Origin: an uncultured delta proteobacterium
GTDB taxonomy: Bacteria; Desulfobacterota; Desulfobacteria; Desulfobacterales; JAFDCJ01
NCBI GenBank assembly: GCA_963769935.1
Contig: CAVYNY010000021.1
Coordinates: 32,001-96,000, forward strand
Direction of reading: 5' to 3'
Length of the DNA: 64,000 bases
A program made the translations under genes and the position numbers. Shown here piece after piece: positions 19,813-29,371 of the stretch. How positions within the stretch are numbered: position 1 is the first letter of the stretch; the number at the start of each line of letters is the position of its first letter. The notes under the pieces are model-generated. The model was not told the origin of the DNA. It was given only the letters and a program-made list of their open reading frames with translations, and ran no database searches.

Positions 19813-20623
19813 CTACTTTTTCGCGCCCGCCATCGCTCGTTCAATAATTTTATCATATTCACTGCAGTATTCCGGTCTTTCGATCTGCACAAAGATGCCC
19901 CGCTCAATCAAATCCGGATTCTCCTGCTTGGCCGCAGAACCAACGGGTGTGGTATTGTCCCTGAACCACTTAACCATATCCACGGCATCCCCGGCCTTGT
20001 TTTTGCGCCCGAAGTAAGTGGGACACTGGCTTAGAATCTCCACCACGGAAAAGCCCTCGTGCAAAATGGCTTTCATGATAATGTCAACCATCTGTTTAAC
20101 ATGATAACTGGTCGTCCGCGCGACAAAAGATGCACCGGCGGCTTTGGCCAGTTGCACCACATCAAAGCTATAGTCAATATTGGCAAAAGGTGCGGTTGTG
20201 GCCCGGATGCCGGCGCCCGACAGCGGCGAAAACTGCCCGCCGGTCATTCCATAAATTCGATTGTTCATAACAATGGCCGTAATATCGATGTTCCGGCGGG
20301 CGGCATGAATAAAATGGTTGCCGCCGATGGCCAGCGCATCGCCGTCTCCCATGGGCACGATCAGATTTAACTCGGGACGGCTCATTTTTACGCCCGTGGC
20401 AAAAGCCAACGCGCGCCCGTGGATGGTATGCAGCGTATGAAAGTCCACGTAGCCGGTGATTCTTAGCCGAGCAGCCGATTCCCGACACCATCACAATTTC
20501 GTTTTTGCTCATGCCCAGCTTTTCAATGGCCTGCAGCAGGCCATTGAGCACCATGCCGTGGCCGCAGCCGGGGCACCACAGGTGGGGAAAGAATCGTTCT
20601 CGCAGATATTCTTTAACCGCCAT
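19813..20623 (-). pseudogene. korB: 2-oxoacid:ferredoxin oxidoreductase beta subunit, one frameshift as sequenced
   Basis: WCPGCGHG...SGIGCSA, +1 base near 20463, then HTIHGRA, GDGDA, NNRIYGMTGGQ, QCPT. Confidence 0.88.
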
Positions 20624-20626
20624 GCC

Positions 20627-21775
20627 TCAGACCCCCTTTCCCTGGATTATCCGCAGGATATTCATAATATCCTCCGGGGTAATGAACACACCGTCAATGC
20701 GATTGGCAAGAAAAACCTTATGCGGTTCATCCACCGCCATTTTTACTTCCCGCAGAATCTGCCCCATATTCAGTTCTACGACGATAACCGACCTGGCATG
20801 CGCGCATTTTTCCCGGATAATGTCTTCGGGAAAAGGCCACAAGGTCTGCAGTTCGAGAAGTCCGAGCTTTTCACCCCGCAGGCGGCGATTTTCAACCACA
20901 TGCCGGGCCGAGCGGGCCGCCGATCCGTATGAAATCAGCATATGTTCCGCATCTTCCAGATAATATTCCTTGTAGCGCGCAATCGTATTGGTTCGATTTT
21001 CGATCTTGTCGATCAGATGACGCAGCAGTCCGTAGACCACTCGGGGTTCGGTGGACGGAAATCCCCACATGTCATGAAATAAGCCGGTAACATTGTAGCG
21101 ATGAACACCGCCGAAATCAGACATGGGAAGCCGTCCGTCTTCCCGCGGCAGATAAGGATGGTAATCCACACCCTCCTTTACCGAAGTTTTAAGACGCTCA
21201 ACCAGCGGCACTGCGCCGGGCTCCGGTATCAGCAACCGTTCACGCATGTGAGCCACCACCTCATCAAATAAAAGAATAACCGGGGTACGGTATGTTTCAG
21301 CCATATTGAAGGCTTCCACCGTTACGGCAAAGACATCCTGATGATTGGAGGCCGTCATGGCAATAACGGCATGATCGCCGTGGGTTCCCCAGCGAGCCTG
21401 GTTGACGTCGCTCTGACTGCCGTGGGTCGGGATGCCGGTGGAGGGCCCGCCTCGCTGGACATCAACGATCACACAGGGAATTTCCGCCATCACCCCATAG
21501 CCCAATGCTTCCTGCATCAACGAGAATCCTGGACCGCTGGTGGCCGTCATAACCTTGCGCCCGGCAAGTGAAGCGCCGATTATAGCGCACAGGGATGCGA
21601 TTTCATCTTCCATCTGGATAAATTTACCGCCGATCGCCGGGAGGCGGAAAGACAAAAGTTCGGCAATCTCGGTTGAAGGCGTAATCGGGTAACCGGCATA
21701 AAAATCAAGTCCCGCATACAATGCGCCCTCAACACAGGCCTCGTTGCCTTGAACAAATTTTATTGTTTCGCTCAT
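20627..21775 (-). CDS. korA: 2-oxoacid:ferredoxin oxidoreductase alpha subunit
   Basis: YAGYPITPSTE, QMEDE, ATSGPGFSLM, QRGGPSTG. Confidence 0.93.
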   Translation of the reverse strand: MSETIKFVQGNEACVEGALYAGLDFYAGYPITPSTEIAELLSFRLPAIGGKFIQMEDEIASLCAIIGASLAGRKVMTATSGPGFSLMQEALGYGVMAEIPCVIVDVQRGGPSTGIPTHGSQSDVNQARWGTHGDHAVIAMTASNHQDVFAVTVEAFNMAETYRTPVILLFDEVVAHMRERLLIPEPGAVPLVERLKTSVKEGVDYHPYLPREDGRLPMSDFGGVHRYNVTGLFHDMWGFPSTEPRVVYGLLRHLIDKIENRTNTIARYKEYYLEDAEHMLISYGSAARSARHVVENRRLRGEKLGLLELQTLWPFPEDIIREKCAHARSVIVVELNMGQILREVKMAVDEPHKVFLANRIDGVFITPEDIMNILRIIQGKGV

Positions 21776-21784
21776 TTCAACACC

Positions 21785-21991
21785 CTATTCTTCTGTTTCT
21801 ATTTCGATGGCTAAATCCGGGCACCGGAGCTCGCAGAGCCTGCAGCAGATGCAGTCCTGCGGCCTGGCCGGTATGACCTTTTCCTGATCATCCAGTTGCA
21901 GGACTTTCTTCGGGCAAAATTCGACACAAATTCCGCAGCCTTTGCACCAATCGCGATTTATAAGGTGTTGCTTCAATTTAGGTTTCGCCAT
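21785..21991 (-). CDS. korD: 2x[4Fe-4S] ferredoxin (delta subunit)
   Basis: CKGCGICVEFCP and CICCRLCELRCP; first gene of the operon. Confidence 0.9.
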   Translation of the reverse strand: MAKPKLKQHLINRDWCKGCGICVEFCPKKVLQLDDQEKVIPARPQDCICCRLCELRCPDLAIEIETEE

Positions 21992-22238
21992 TGAGTATTC
22001 CTCTCGACAGAAAAAAATTCAAATTCTGACAGGCCCTTTAACCTATTCGTTTACTGGGATATTGTCAAGGAAAACACCCGGACACCCCTTTGACAAGTTG
22101 CCATGGTTTTTATTATGATTATATAAGTTAGGGGCTTCGCCCCAATCGGCGTTATGGGGACAAGAGCTCAGGCCTCAAAGACATCATATATTTTCATTGA
22201 GTTTTTGGATTCACCAGCGGAGAGGAGCGCTGTTAATA

Positions 22239-23249
22239 TTGAAAAAAGCACTGTTAGGGATCGGTATTGCTCTTTTCCTGATCGTTTGCATCGCATCTGG
22301 ACTTTATTTTGAGCTGCAAAAATATGCCGCTATGCCCGCCGAGGCGAACAGTTCCCAAGAGACTACCATTAATGTGCCGCAGGGACAACCTCTGAAAACC
22401 ACGGCCAATATGCTTTATCTGAAAAATATCATCAAGAGCCCTTTAAAACTGGTTTGGATTGCCCGCCTTAAGGGCTACGATAAGCGCCTCAAGGCCGGAG
22501 AATATCTCCTTTCGGCCGGTATGTCACCCCGCCAGATTCTGGAAATCATGGTAAAGGGCGAGGTCTTGCTTCATAAACTTACGGTTCCTGAAGGCTATAA
22601 CATCTATCAGATAGCGGATCTGGTGGCCCAGGCGGGTCTCGCCGCCAAAGCCGATTTTATCAAAGCGGCCACGGATGCCGATCTGGTGCGCAAAGTGGGT
22701 CTGGATGCGGAAACATTTGAAGGCTATCTGTTCCCGGAAACCTATTATTTCCCGCAGAAAGTCAGCGTGGAAAAAATAATTTCAACCATGGTACAGCGGT
22801 TCAAGACCATTTTTGTACCTGAATGGCAAGAGCGGGCCAAGCAGTCCGGATTTACGGTAAACCAGATAGTCACGCTGGCATCGATAATTGAAAAGGAAAC
22901 CGGCGCGCCATTTGAACGCACTCTGATTTCGTCGGTTTTCCACAACCGTTTAAAAAAGAAAATGCGCCTGGAATCCGATCCGACGGTAATCTACGGCATA
23001 AAAGACTTTAACGGCAATCTAACCCGCGAAGACCTCCAAACCCGGACGCCCTACAATACATACCAAATTGCAGGGCTTCCCGCCGGACCGATTGCCAATC
23101 CCGGCCGTGCATCGCTGGAAGCCGCCCTGTATCCTGATGATACGGCCTTCATCTATTTTGTTTCTAAAAAAAACAGCACCCATTATTTTTCAACCAACCT
23201 GAAAGACCACAATCGTGCCGTAAGAAAATATCAGCTGGGCCGGAAATAG
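22239..23249 (+). CDS. mltG: Endolytic transglycosylase MltG
   Basis: TVPEG, EGYLFPETY, LASIIEKET, LESDPTVIYG, PYNTY...GLPAGPIANPG; start set at TTG after AGGAG. Confidence 0.95.
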   Translation: MKKALLGIGIALFLIVCIASGLYFELQKYAAMPAEANSSQETTINVPQGQPLKTTANMLYLKNIIKSPLKLVWIARLKGYDKRLKAGEYLLSAGMSPRQILEIMVKGEVLLHKLTVPEGYNIYQIADLVAQAGLAAKADFIKAATDADLVRKVGLDAETFEGYLFPETYYFPQKVSVEKIISTMVQRFKTIFVPEWQERAKQSGFTVNQIVTLASIIEKETGAPFERTLISSVFHNRLKKKMRLESDPTVIYGIKDFNGNLTREDLQTRTPYNTYQIAGLPAGPIANPGRASLEAALYPDDTAFIYFVSKKNSTHYFSTNLKDHNRAVRKYQLGRK

Positions 23250-23338
23250 GGAAGTAAAACAGAAGGCTTGACTCCAGACGATACCGCTCTTAAGTTAAAC
23301 ATAATTCGAACGTTGATTAATATGGGAGGAAGTTGAAT

Positions 23339-23578
23339 ATGGTAACGACCGAAAAAAAGAGGCAGACCTTCATTATCGATCTTGAAAAACTCAACACCTT
23401 CAACACTGAGGGGTGCGCGGCTTGCGGCCGCAAATTCACGCTGGGTGAAACAGTTGTCAGAGCTTGCGGTGCCTGGGAAGGTCCCCCGAAATTGATTCAC
23501 GAAAATGAAGCGGTGTGGGATGAAAGCAGCGCGACGTTTTTCGAACGACGCTGCTACGACTCCCGCAAAAACGGTTGA
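23339..23578 (+). CDS. Small Cys/His-containing hypothetical protein
   Basis: RBS GGGAGGA; CAACGRKF...ACG...IH...RRCY. Confidence 0.75.
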   Translation: MVTTEKKRQTFIIDLEKLNTFNTEGCAACGRKFTLGETVVRACGAWEGPPKLIHENEAVWDESSATFFERRCYDSRKNG

Positions 23579-23663
23579 AAATTCCTGTCCCTGATCCCCG
23601 CCCCAATCGCGATTAACTCACCGGGAATGTTGGCACATATCTTCCGGAAACATTCTTTTAAAT

Positions 23664-23691
23664 TCAAGTTTATCCAATAACCGGCCGATAA
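23664..23691 (+). promoter_or_regulatory. sigma28 (FliA)-type promoter
   Basis: TCAAG-N15-GCCGATAA about 90 bp upstream of the GGDEF-EAL gene. Confidence 0.75.
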
Positions 23692-23782
23692 CCATTTAAA
23701 TCCTGGGGAGAAATTCTCCCGCAGGTGATTATTTCAAAACGGAATTCTCAACTCCCCAAATCCGATTTTTTTGAGGTGCCTG

Positions 23783-25765
23783 ATGGCCAATAAAAGTATG
23801 GCTACCTATCTTGACAAGATCAGCCTGGTGATCATTGGAACCGGTGCTTCGCTGTTTTACTACTATCTTGACCACTCCATGGAATCCAACCAGAGTTTGG
23901 GCAGCTTTGTCACCATCGCCCTGATATTGTTAATCAGCGTATTTACCCAGCTGCTGATCAACAACATAAACCGTTCCAGACAGGCGTTGCGTGAATCGAA
24001 CGAAACTTTGGAACACAAAGTTGTCGAACGCACCAAGGAGTTGCGCGACTCCGAGATCAAGTACCGTGCTATTTTTGAGAACACCGGAGCGGCGACCCTC
24101 ATCATTGAAAAAGATTTGACCATTTCTCTGGCCAATTCCGTCTTTGTAGGCTTCTCGGGGTTCAATCGGGGCGAAGTGGAATTTAAAAAATCCTTTTTTG
24201 ATTTCCTGGATGATAAAAGTCACCGCACTATTTTAGATAACGAAGGATTTCTGAACAACGAAGAAAACCTTGAATGTAAATTTATCAACCGGGAACATGA
24301 GCTGAAAGATATACTGATTACCATTGCGCCGATCCCCGGCACGGATAAAAGTGTGGTCTCCATAACAGATATATCCGAACTCAAAGAAGCCGAACGTCAG
24401 ATCTCGCATCAAGCCTTTCACGACACTCTGACAAATTTACCCAACCGCGCCCTTTTCATGGAACACCTCAATATGGCGATTAAACGCGGCAAACGGCGGG
24501 ATGAATATAATTTTGCGGTTTTATATCTGGATATTGACCGGTTCAAGCTCGTCAACGACAGCCTCGGTCACAGCGTCGGGGACAATCTTTTAATTGCATT
24601 TGCGGAAAGAATCCATAATTGCCTGCGGGAAAGCGATACCCTGGCGCGCTTGGGTGGGGATGAATTTGTCATTCTGCTGGAAGACATTGAACAGGCGAAT
24701 TATGCCAGTTTGGTGGCCGAAAGACTTCAGCAGGAGCTCAAACGGCCGTTTATGGTCAACGGCAAGGAAGTCTTCGCGCCGTCAAGTTTTGGTGTGGTCA
24801 AAGAAACAAATGAGTATGATCTGCCCGAAGACATTATTCGGGATGCCGACTCTGCCATGTATCATGCCAAGGAAAAAGGCCGGTCCCAGTATAAAGTTTT
24901 TGACAAAAAACTGCATGAAAAAGCCCTGCACCTGCTGCAGCGGCAAACCGACCTCAGAAAAGCGATCCACAAAAAAGAATTTGAAACCCACTACCAGCCG
25001 ATTGTATCGTTAAAGACGCGCTCGGTTGTCGGTTTCGAAGCCCTGATCCGTTGGAATCATCCCCAGCTCGGGTTGATTTATCCGGGTTCGTTTATTTCCA
25101 TCGCGGAAGAAACCGGACTGATCATTCCAATCACCCGCCTGATGGTTGAGCAGGCCTGTCGCGATCTTAAAACCTGGCAGGACCGAATCCGGCATATTCA
25201 GAAATTGACCATGAATGTCAATATATCCAGCCGGCATTTTCTCCAACCCGCTTTGTTAAACGACCTTAAGGAAGTGCTGAATAAAATCGATCTGCCTCCG
25301 GATCACTTGAAGCTGGAAATCACCGAAACTGCTCTCATGGAAGATGTGGAGGAAACCGTGCGGCTGGTACACCGCATGCGGGATTACGGTCTTCAGATCG
25401 TAATTGATGATTTTGGCACCGGATATTCTTCGCTGAGCTACTTACAGCGATTGCCCATCGATACCCTCAAAGTGGATCGAAGCTTCGTATCCCGCATCCA
25501 GAACACACCGGATGGAAATAGAAATATCGTGGAGGCCATTATCTCCCTGGCCCACCGTCTCGATATGATTGTCGTGGCCGAGGGGGTGGAAACGCTTGAG
25601 CAATACACCATCCTGCTCGACATGAATTGTCAATTCGGTCAGGGATACTTATTTTCCAAACCGCTTCCAAAACCGAGGGTCGATAAGCTGATCGAGGAAA
25701 TGCTGGAATATTCCCGGCAAAACCCGGGGCAACATTATCCCCTGACCGCAGATCTATCCAACTAA
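23783..25765 (+). CDS. Membrane-anchored PAS-GGDEF-EAL protein
   Basis: Two TM helices, PAS, RESD I-site plus GGDEF, EALIRW, DDFGTGYSSL, AEGVE, GQGY. Confidence 0.95.
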   Translation: MANKSMATYLDKISLVIIGTGASLFYYYLDHSMESNQSLGSFVTIALILLISVFTQLLINNINRSRQALRESNETLEHKVVERTKELRDSEIKYRAIFENTGAATLIIEKDLTISLANSVFVGFSGFNRGEVEFKKSFFDFLDDKSHRTILDNEGFLNNEENLECKFINREHELKDILITIAPIPGTDKSVVSITDISELKEAERQISHQAFHDTLTNLPNRALFMEHLNMAIKRGKRRDEYNFAVLYLDIDRFKLVNDSLGHSVGDNLLIAFAERIHNCLRESDTLARLGGDEFVILLEDIEQANYASLVAERLQQELKRPFMVNGKEVFAPSSFGVVKETNEYDLPEDIIRDADSAMYHAKEKGRSQYKVFDKKLHEKALHLLQRQTDLRKAIHKKEFETHYQPIVSLKTRSVVGFEALIRWNHPQLGLIYPGSFISIAEETGLIIPITRLMVEQACRDLKTWQDRIRHIQKLTMNVNISSRHFLQPALLNDLKEVLNKIDLPPDHLKLEITETALMEDVEETVRLVHRMRDYGLQIVIDDFGTGYSSLSYLQRLPIDTLKVDRSFVSRIQNTPDGNRNIVEAIISLAHRLDMIVVAEGVETLEQYTILLDMNCQFGQGYLFSKPLPKPRVDKLIEEMLEYSRQNPGQHYPLTADLSN

Positions 25766-25861
25766 AATGTTGGAAATTCTACTATTGACTGAAAACATAT
25801 CATCACGATAACATTCTTATAATCGCTTCACAGACCGGTGGAATGTTGGAATTTTGGAATA

Positions 25862-26869
25862 ATGACGGCAGAAAAATTTTCAAATCAGCAGCTGGCCGGC
25901 CAACGCCTGATGGTCGGCTTTGACGGAACCGATTTCAACGCGGACCTCAGATTTATAATTGATCAGATTAAAGCAGGCGGCCTTATTCTTTTTGCAGGAA
26001 ATCTGGCCACGCCGGATCAGATCACCAACCTGTGCCAGGCGGTGCAGGAATATGCCAAAACGCGCGGGCACCCTCCATTATTTATTGCCATTGATCAGGA
26101 AGGCGGACAGGTTGCCCGGCTCAAAGAACCATTTACCCAATTTCCCGGCAACCCCTGCATGCAATATGAAGAAGACGCCGTCCGGTTTGCCGAGGTGACG
26201 GCGACGGAGCTAAACCAAGTGGGTATCAACATGAACATGGCTCCGGTTATGGATGTCGCGCCGGATAACCTGAACAGCATCATGGCCAAACGATCTTTCG
26301 GTGCCGATCCGGAATGGGTTTCGCGGTTGGGAATAAAAGTCATCGAGCATTTGCAGGCCAAAAATATCATGGCCGTCGCCAAGCATTTTCCCGGAATCGG
26401 CCGCACCGTCCTGGATTCCCATCTGGATTTGCCTGTCTTGGAGGATGACTTATCCGGCCTGGAGCAGTTTGATCTTATTCCTTTTGCAGCCAGTATTCGG
26501 CACGGTGTGTCCGGCTTGATGCTGTCTCATATTTTTTATCCAAAATTGGATCCCCAATGGCCGGCCAGTCTGTCCAAGCGGATTGCCCATGACCTGTTGA
26601 GGAAGCAAATGGGATTTGACGGCCTTGTATTGACCGACGATCTGGACATGGGTGCCATCACCAAACATTTTGATATTCGAACATCTATTTCTCAGGTACT
26701 TTCAGCGGGTATCGATCTGACCCTTATATGCCACAAGGGTCCGAACATTGAAATCGCCTTTGAAGCAATCTTAAAGGCAATTACGGATTCGCGTGAAATG
26801 AGGGCGAAAGGGGTGGAATCCGCGGATAGAATCATGCGATTGAAAAGCAAATATTTGATGAATTCGTAA
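25862..26869 (+). CDS. nagZ: Beta-N-acetylhexosaminidase (GH3)
   Basis: IDQEGGQVARL, KHFPGIG...DSH, TDDLDMGA. Confidence 0.93.
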   Translation: MTAEKFSNQQLAGQRLMVGFDGTDFNADLRFIIDQIKAGGLILFAGNLATPDQITNLCQAVQEYAKTRGHPPLFIAIDQEGGQVARLKEPFTQFPGNPCMQYEEDAVRFAEVTATELNQVGINMNMAPVMDVAPDNLNSIMAKRSFGADPEWVSRLGIKVIEHLQAKNIMAVAKHFPGIGRTVLDSHLDLPVLEDDLSGLEQFDLIPFAASIRHGVSGLMLSHIFYPKLDPQWPASLSKRIAHDLLRKQMGFDGLVLTDDLDMGAITKHFDIRTSISQVLSAGIDLTLICHKGPNIEIAFEAILKAITDSREMRAKGVESADRIMRLKSKYLMNS

Positions 26870-26879
26870 AAAACCGAAT

Positions 26880-27869
26880 TCATTTCGAAAAAACGTCATC
26901 CTGCAAATCGGCGGCAATGCCTGCTTTTAAATTATGGAATCCCGCCGCGGCAATCATGGCAGCATTGTCGCCGCACAGGTTCAACGGTGGAATATACACC
27001 TTTATTGCCTGGTGTCCGGCATCGGTTCTCAGTTTCGCCCTTAACCGACTGTTGGCGGCAACCCCCCCCACCAGGGCGATCCGGTCACAGCCTTTTTTCA
27101 CAGCCGCCCGGATGATTTTGTATGAAAGCACTTCCAGAACTGCTTCCTGAAAGCCGGCCGCAATGTCGGGAATCTGCTTTGAATATTTATCCTGGTGCGC
27201 GGTAATATAGCGTTGGACGGCCGATTTGATTCCGCTGAAGCTGAAGTCGAAAGTTTCCTTGTCCAGATAGGAACGCGGAAAGCGAATTCTGGCCGGATCG
27301 CCCTGCTTTGCAAGGCGATCAATCATGGCGCCTCCCGGATACCCCAAATCCAGCATCTTGGCGACCTTATCAAATGCTTCCCCGGCCGCGTCGTCCCGGG
27401 TTTGGCCCATCAACTCGGCCGTCAGATGGTCCGTGATATGGTAAATACTGGTATGCCCACCGGATGCCAGCAGGGCGACGAAAGGAAATGGAGGCGGGTT
27501 GGCCTCCAGAAAAACTGAATTTATATGGCCCTCCAGGTGATTCACACCCACCCAGGGAATCTTTAAGGCAAAAGCCAGGGATTTGGCAAATGTAAACCCC
27601 ACCAGCAAGGCACCCACCAATCCGGGTCCCCGGGTAACAGCAACGGCATCAATATCCTTCAGGGGCAAACCGGCCTCGGACAAAGCTTCGTCAACCACGG
27701 GGACGATTGCTTCAATGTGCTTACGCGAAGCCAGTTCGGGCACAACGCCGCCATATCGGCCGTGAATCTTGACCTGGGAGGAGACCACCGAAGACAAAAT
27801 GCCGGTTCCATCTTTGACGACGGCCGCAGCCGTCTCATCACAGGATGTTTCTATGCCCAGAATAATCAT
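26880..27869 (-). CDS. tsaD: tRNA N6-adenosine threonylcarbamoyltransferase
   Basis: GIETSCDET, GGVVPELASRKH, NHLEGH, DDAAGEAFDK, DNAAMIA. Confidence 0.97.
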   Translation of the reverse strand: MIILGIETSCDETAAAVVKDGTGILSSVVSSQVKIHGRYGGVVPELASRKHIEAIVPVVDEALSEAGLPLKDIDAVAVTRGPGLVGALLVGFTFAKSLAFALKIPWVGVNHLEGHINSVFLEANPPPFPFVALLASGGHTSIYHITDHLTAELMGQTRDDAAGEAFDKVAKMLDLGYPGGAMIDRLAKQGDPARIRFPRSYLDKETFDFSFSGIKSAVQRYITAHQDKYSKQIPDIAAGFQEAVLEVLSYKIIRAAVKKGCDRIALVGGVAANSRLRAKLRTDAGHQAIKVYIPPLNLCGDNAAMIAAAGFHNLKAGIAADLQDDVFSK

Positions 27870-27873
27870 AAAA

Positions 27874-27915
27874 AATTGAATATTGAATATTCAATCTTCA
27901 ATCTAAAATATTCAA
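27874..27915. repeat. Heptamer-family palindromic remnant
   Basis: AATTGAATATTGAATATTCAATCTTCAATCTAAAATATTCAA. Confidence 0.65.
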
Positions 27916-27927
27916 CCGTATGGGTCC

Positions 27928-28080
27928 CTACCTGGAACCGCTTTTGCGGCTGCCTCAGCCGGCACAGGGCGGATTTGCCTCCCGGCCTTGGGCGAGCCAA
28001 TTGATGAATTTTGATAACGCAGCGCCGATTTTACCAATCAGTGATCTTTTTTCAACTTCAATTTTAGCTTTGTCTGCCAT
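27928..28080 (-). CDS. Small protein: 41 aa ending at TGA (27955-27957), or 50 aa if TGA is selenocysteine (CxxU)
   Basis: ATG 2 nt after the purM stop, RBS GGGAG; MADKAKIEVEKRSLIGKIGAALSKFINWLAQGREANPPCAG-TGA-GSRKSGSR-TAG; hairpin GGTTCC-AGGTA-GGGACC 15 nt after TGA. Confidence 0.6.
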
Positions 28081-28082
28081 GC

Positions 28083-29132
28083 CTACTCCCATATAATCCG
28101 GTTGCCGGAATCCTTGCATTCCAGGATTTCGCCGATCAGATAGGCTTTTTCTTTCATGGCGTCCAGCCGTTGCAAAACGTCCGCCGTCGCATCCGGCGGC
28201 ACGATGGCAACCATACCGATCCCATTGTTGAAGGTTCGCCTCATTTCCAGATCTGAAATCTTACCGGCTTGCTGCAGAAATTTAAAAATGGGGGGGACCT
28301 CCCACAGTTCCGTTTGCACCAGGATATTGCAGGTCTTCGGAACAACTCTTAAAATATTGTCGGCAATTCCGCCGCCGGTGATATGGGCCAGCCCGTGCAC
28401 CGGTATATCTTTCAAAAGGTTCAATATGGGCTCAACGTAGATCGTGGTGGGCGTGAGCAGCTCTTCGCCAAGGGTTTGGCCGAAGTCCGCTACATAGTCA
28501 TCGACTTTCATTTTAAGAATCTCGAAACAGATTTTCCGAACCAGAGAGTAGCCGTTGCTGTGCAGACCGCTGGACGCGATGCCAATGAGTTTGTGTCCCA
28601 CGCGAACTTCGGTACCGTCAATGATTTTGCTGTTGTCCACGATACCGACGGCAAAGCCGGCCAGGTCGTATTCATTTTGCTGGTAAAACCCGGGCATTTC
28701 GGCGGTCTCACCACCGATCAGCGCGCATTTGGCCTGTTTGCAGCCGTCTCCGATCCCGGCAATAATCGCGGCTGCGCGGTCGCTCTCCAATTTTCCCATG
28801 GATAAATAATCCAGAAAGAACAGCGGCTTGGCGCCCTGGACGAGAATATCATTAACACACATGGCAACCAGATCGATGCCGATGGTGTCGTGTTTGTCGA
28901 GCATGAATGCGATCTTAAGTTTGGTGCCGACCCCGTCCGTCGAGCTGACCAGGACCGGTCGGTCAAGATTGGCGAGATTCAGAGAAAAAAGTCCGCCGAA
29001 ACCTCCGATTTCTCCAATGACACCTGAGATCGTAGTTTGTTTGGCGATTTCATTGATGGTTGTAACCAGCTTATTGCCTTTGTCAATATCCACTCCGGCG
29101 TCCGCATAAGTCAGCGAATCGGTCATGGGCAT
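28083..29132 (-). CDS. purM: AIR synthetase
   Basis: YADAGVDI, STDGVGTKL, GGETAEMPG, SGLHSNGYSL, HITGGG. Confidence 0.97.
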   Translation of the reverse strand: MPMTDSLTYADAGVDIDKGNKLVTTINEIAKQTTISGVIGEIGGFGGLFSLNLANLDRPVLVSSTDGVGTKLKIAFMLDKHDTIGIDLVAMCVNDILVQGAKPLFFLDYLSMGKLESDRAAAIIAGIGDGCKQAKCALIGGETAEMPGFYQQNEYDLAGFAVGIVDNSKIIDGTEVRVGHKLIGIASSGLHSNGYSLVRKICFEILKMKVDDYVADFGQTLGEELLTPTTIYVEPILNLLKDIPVHGLAHITGGGIADNILRVVPKTCNILVQTELWEVPPIFKFLQQAGKISDLEMRRTFNNGIGMVAIVPPDATADVLQRLDAMKEKAYLIGEILECKDSGNRIIWE

Positions 29133-29215
29133 CTCCTGTCTGGATTGTTCTGCAATTCGTGAATAAAAGTCCTTGAAATTTAAACTTATTCAGCATAAAA
29201 GTCAAAACAATTTTT

Positions 29216-29244
29216 TTGACTTCCTCAAATCACCGTCGTACTAT
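29216..29244 (+). promoter_or_regulatory. sigma70-type promoter for hom
   Basis: TTGACT-N17-TACTAT. Confidence 0.6.
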
Positions 29245-29371
29245 TTAAATTTTAGCGTGTCAGCCAATTCGGGTAGTCGGAAAAAATCAGGACCAGCCCA
29301 AGGCCGGATGCACGCCAGTAGTGGATATGCTATTTTTCAGGGCGGATCAATTAAAAGGAGCAAAACAATCC

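Noticed and set aside
23631..23648. sigma54-like TGGCACATATCTTCC upstream of the GGDEF-EAL gene
   Set aside because: The -12 element lacks the conserved GC; a much better sigma28 box lies just downstream.
29255..29345. Riboswitch or attenuator in the hom leader
   Set aside because: No SAM, lysine or T-box consensus and no Thr/Met-rich leader peptide recognised.
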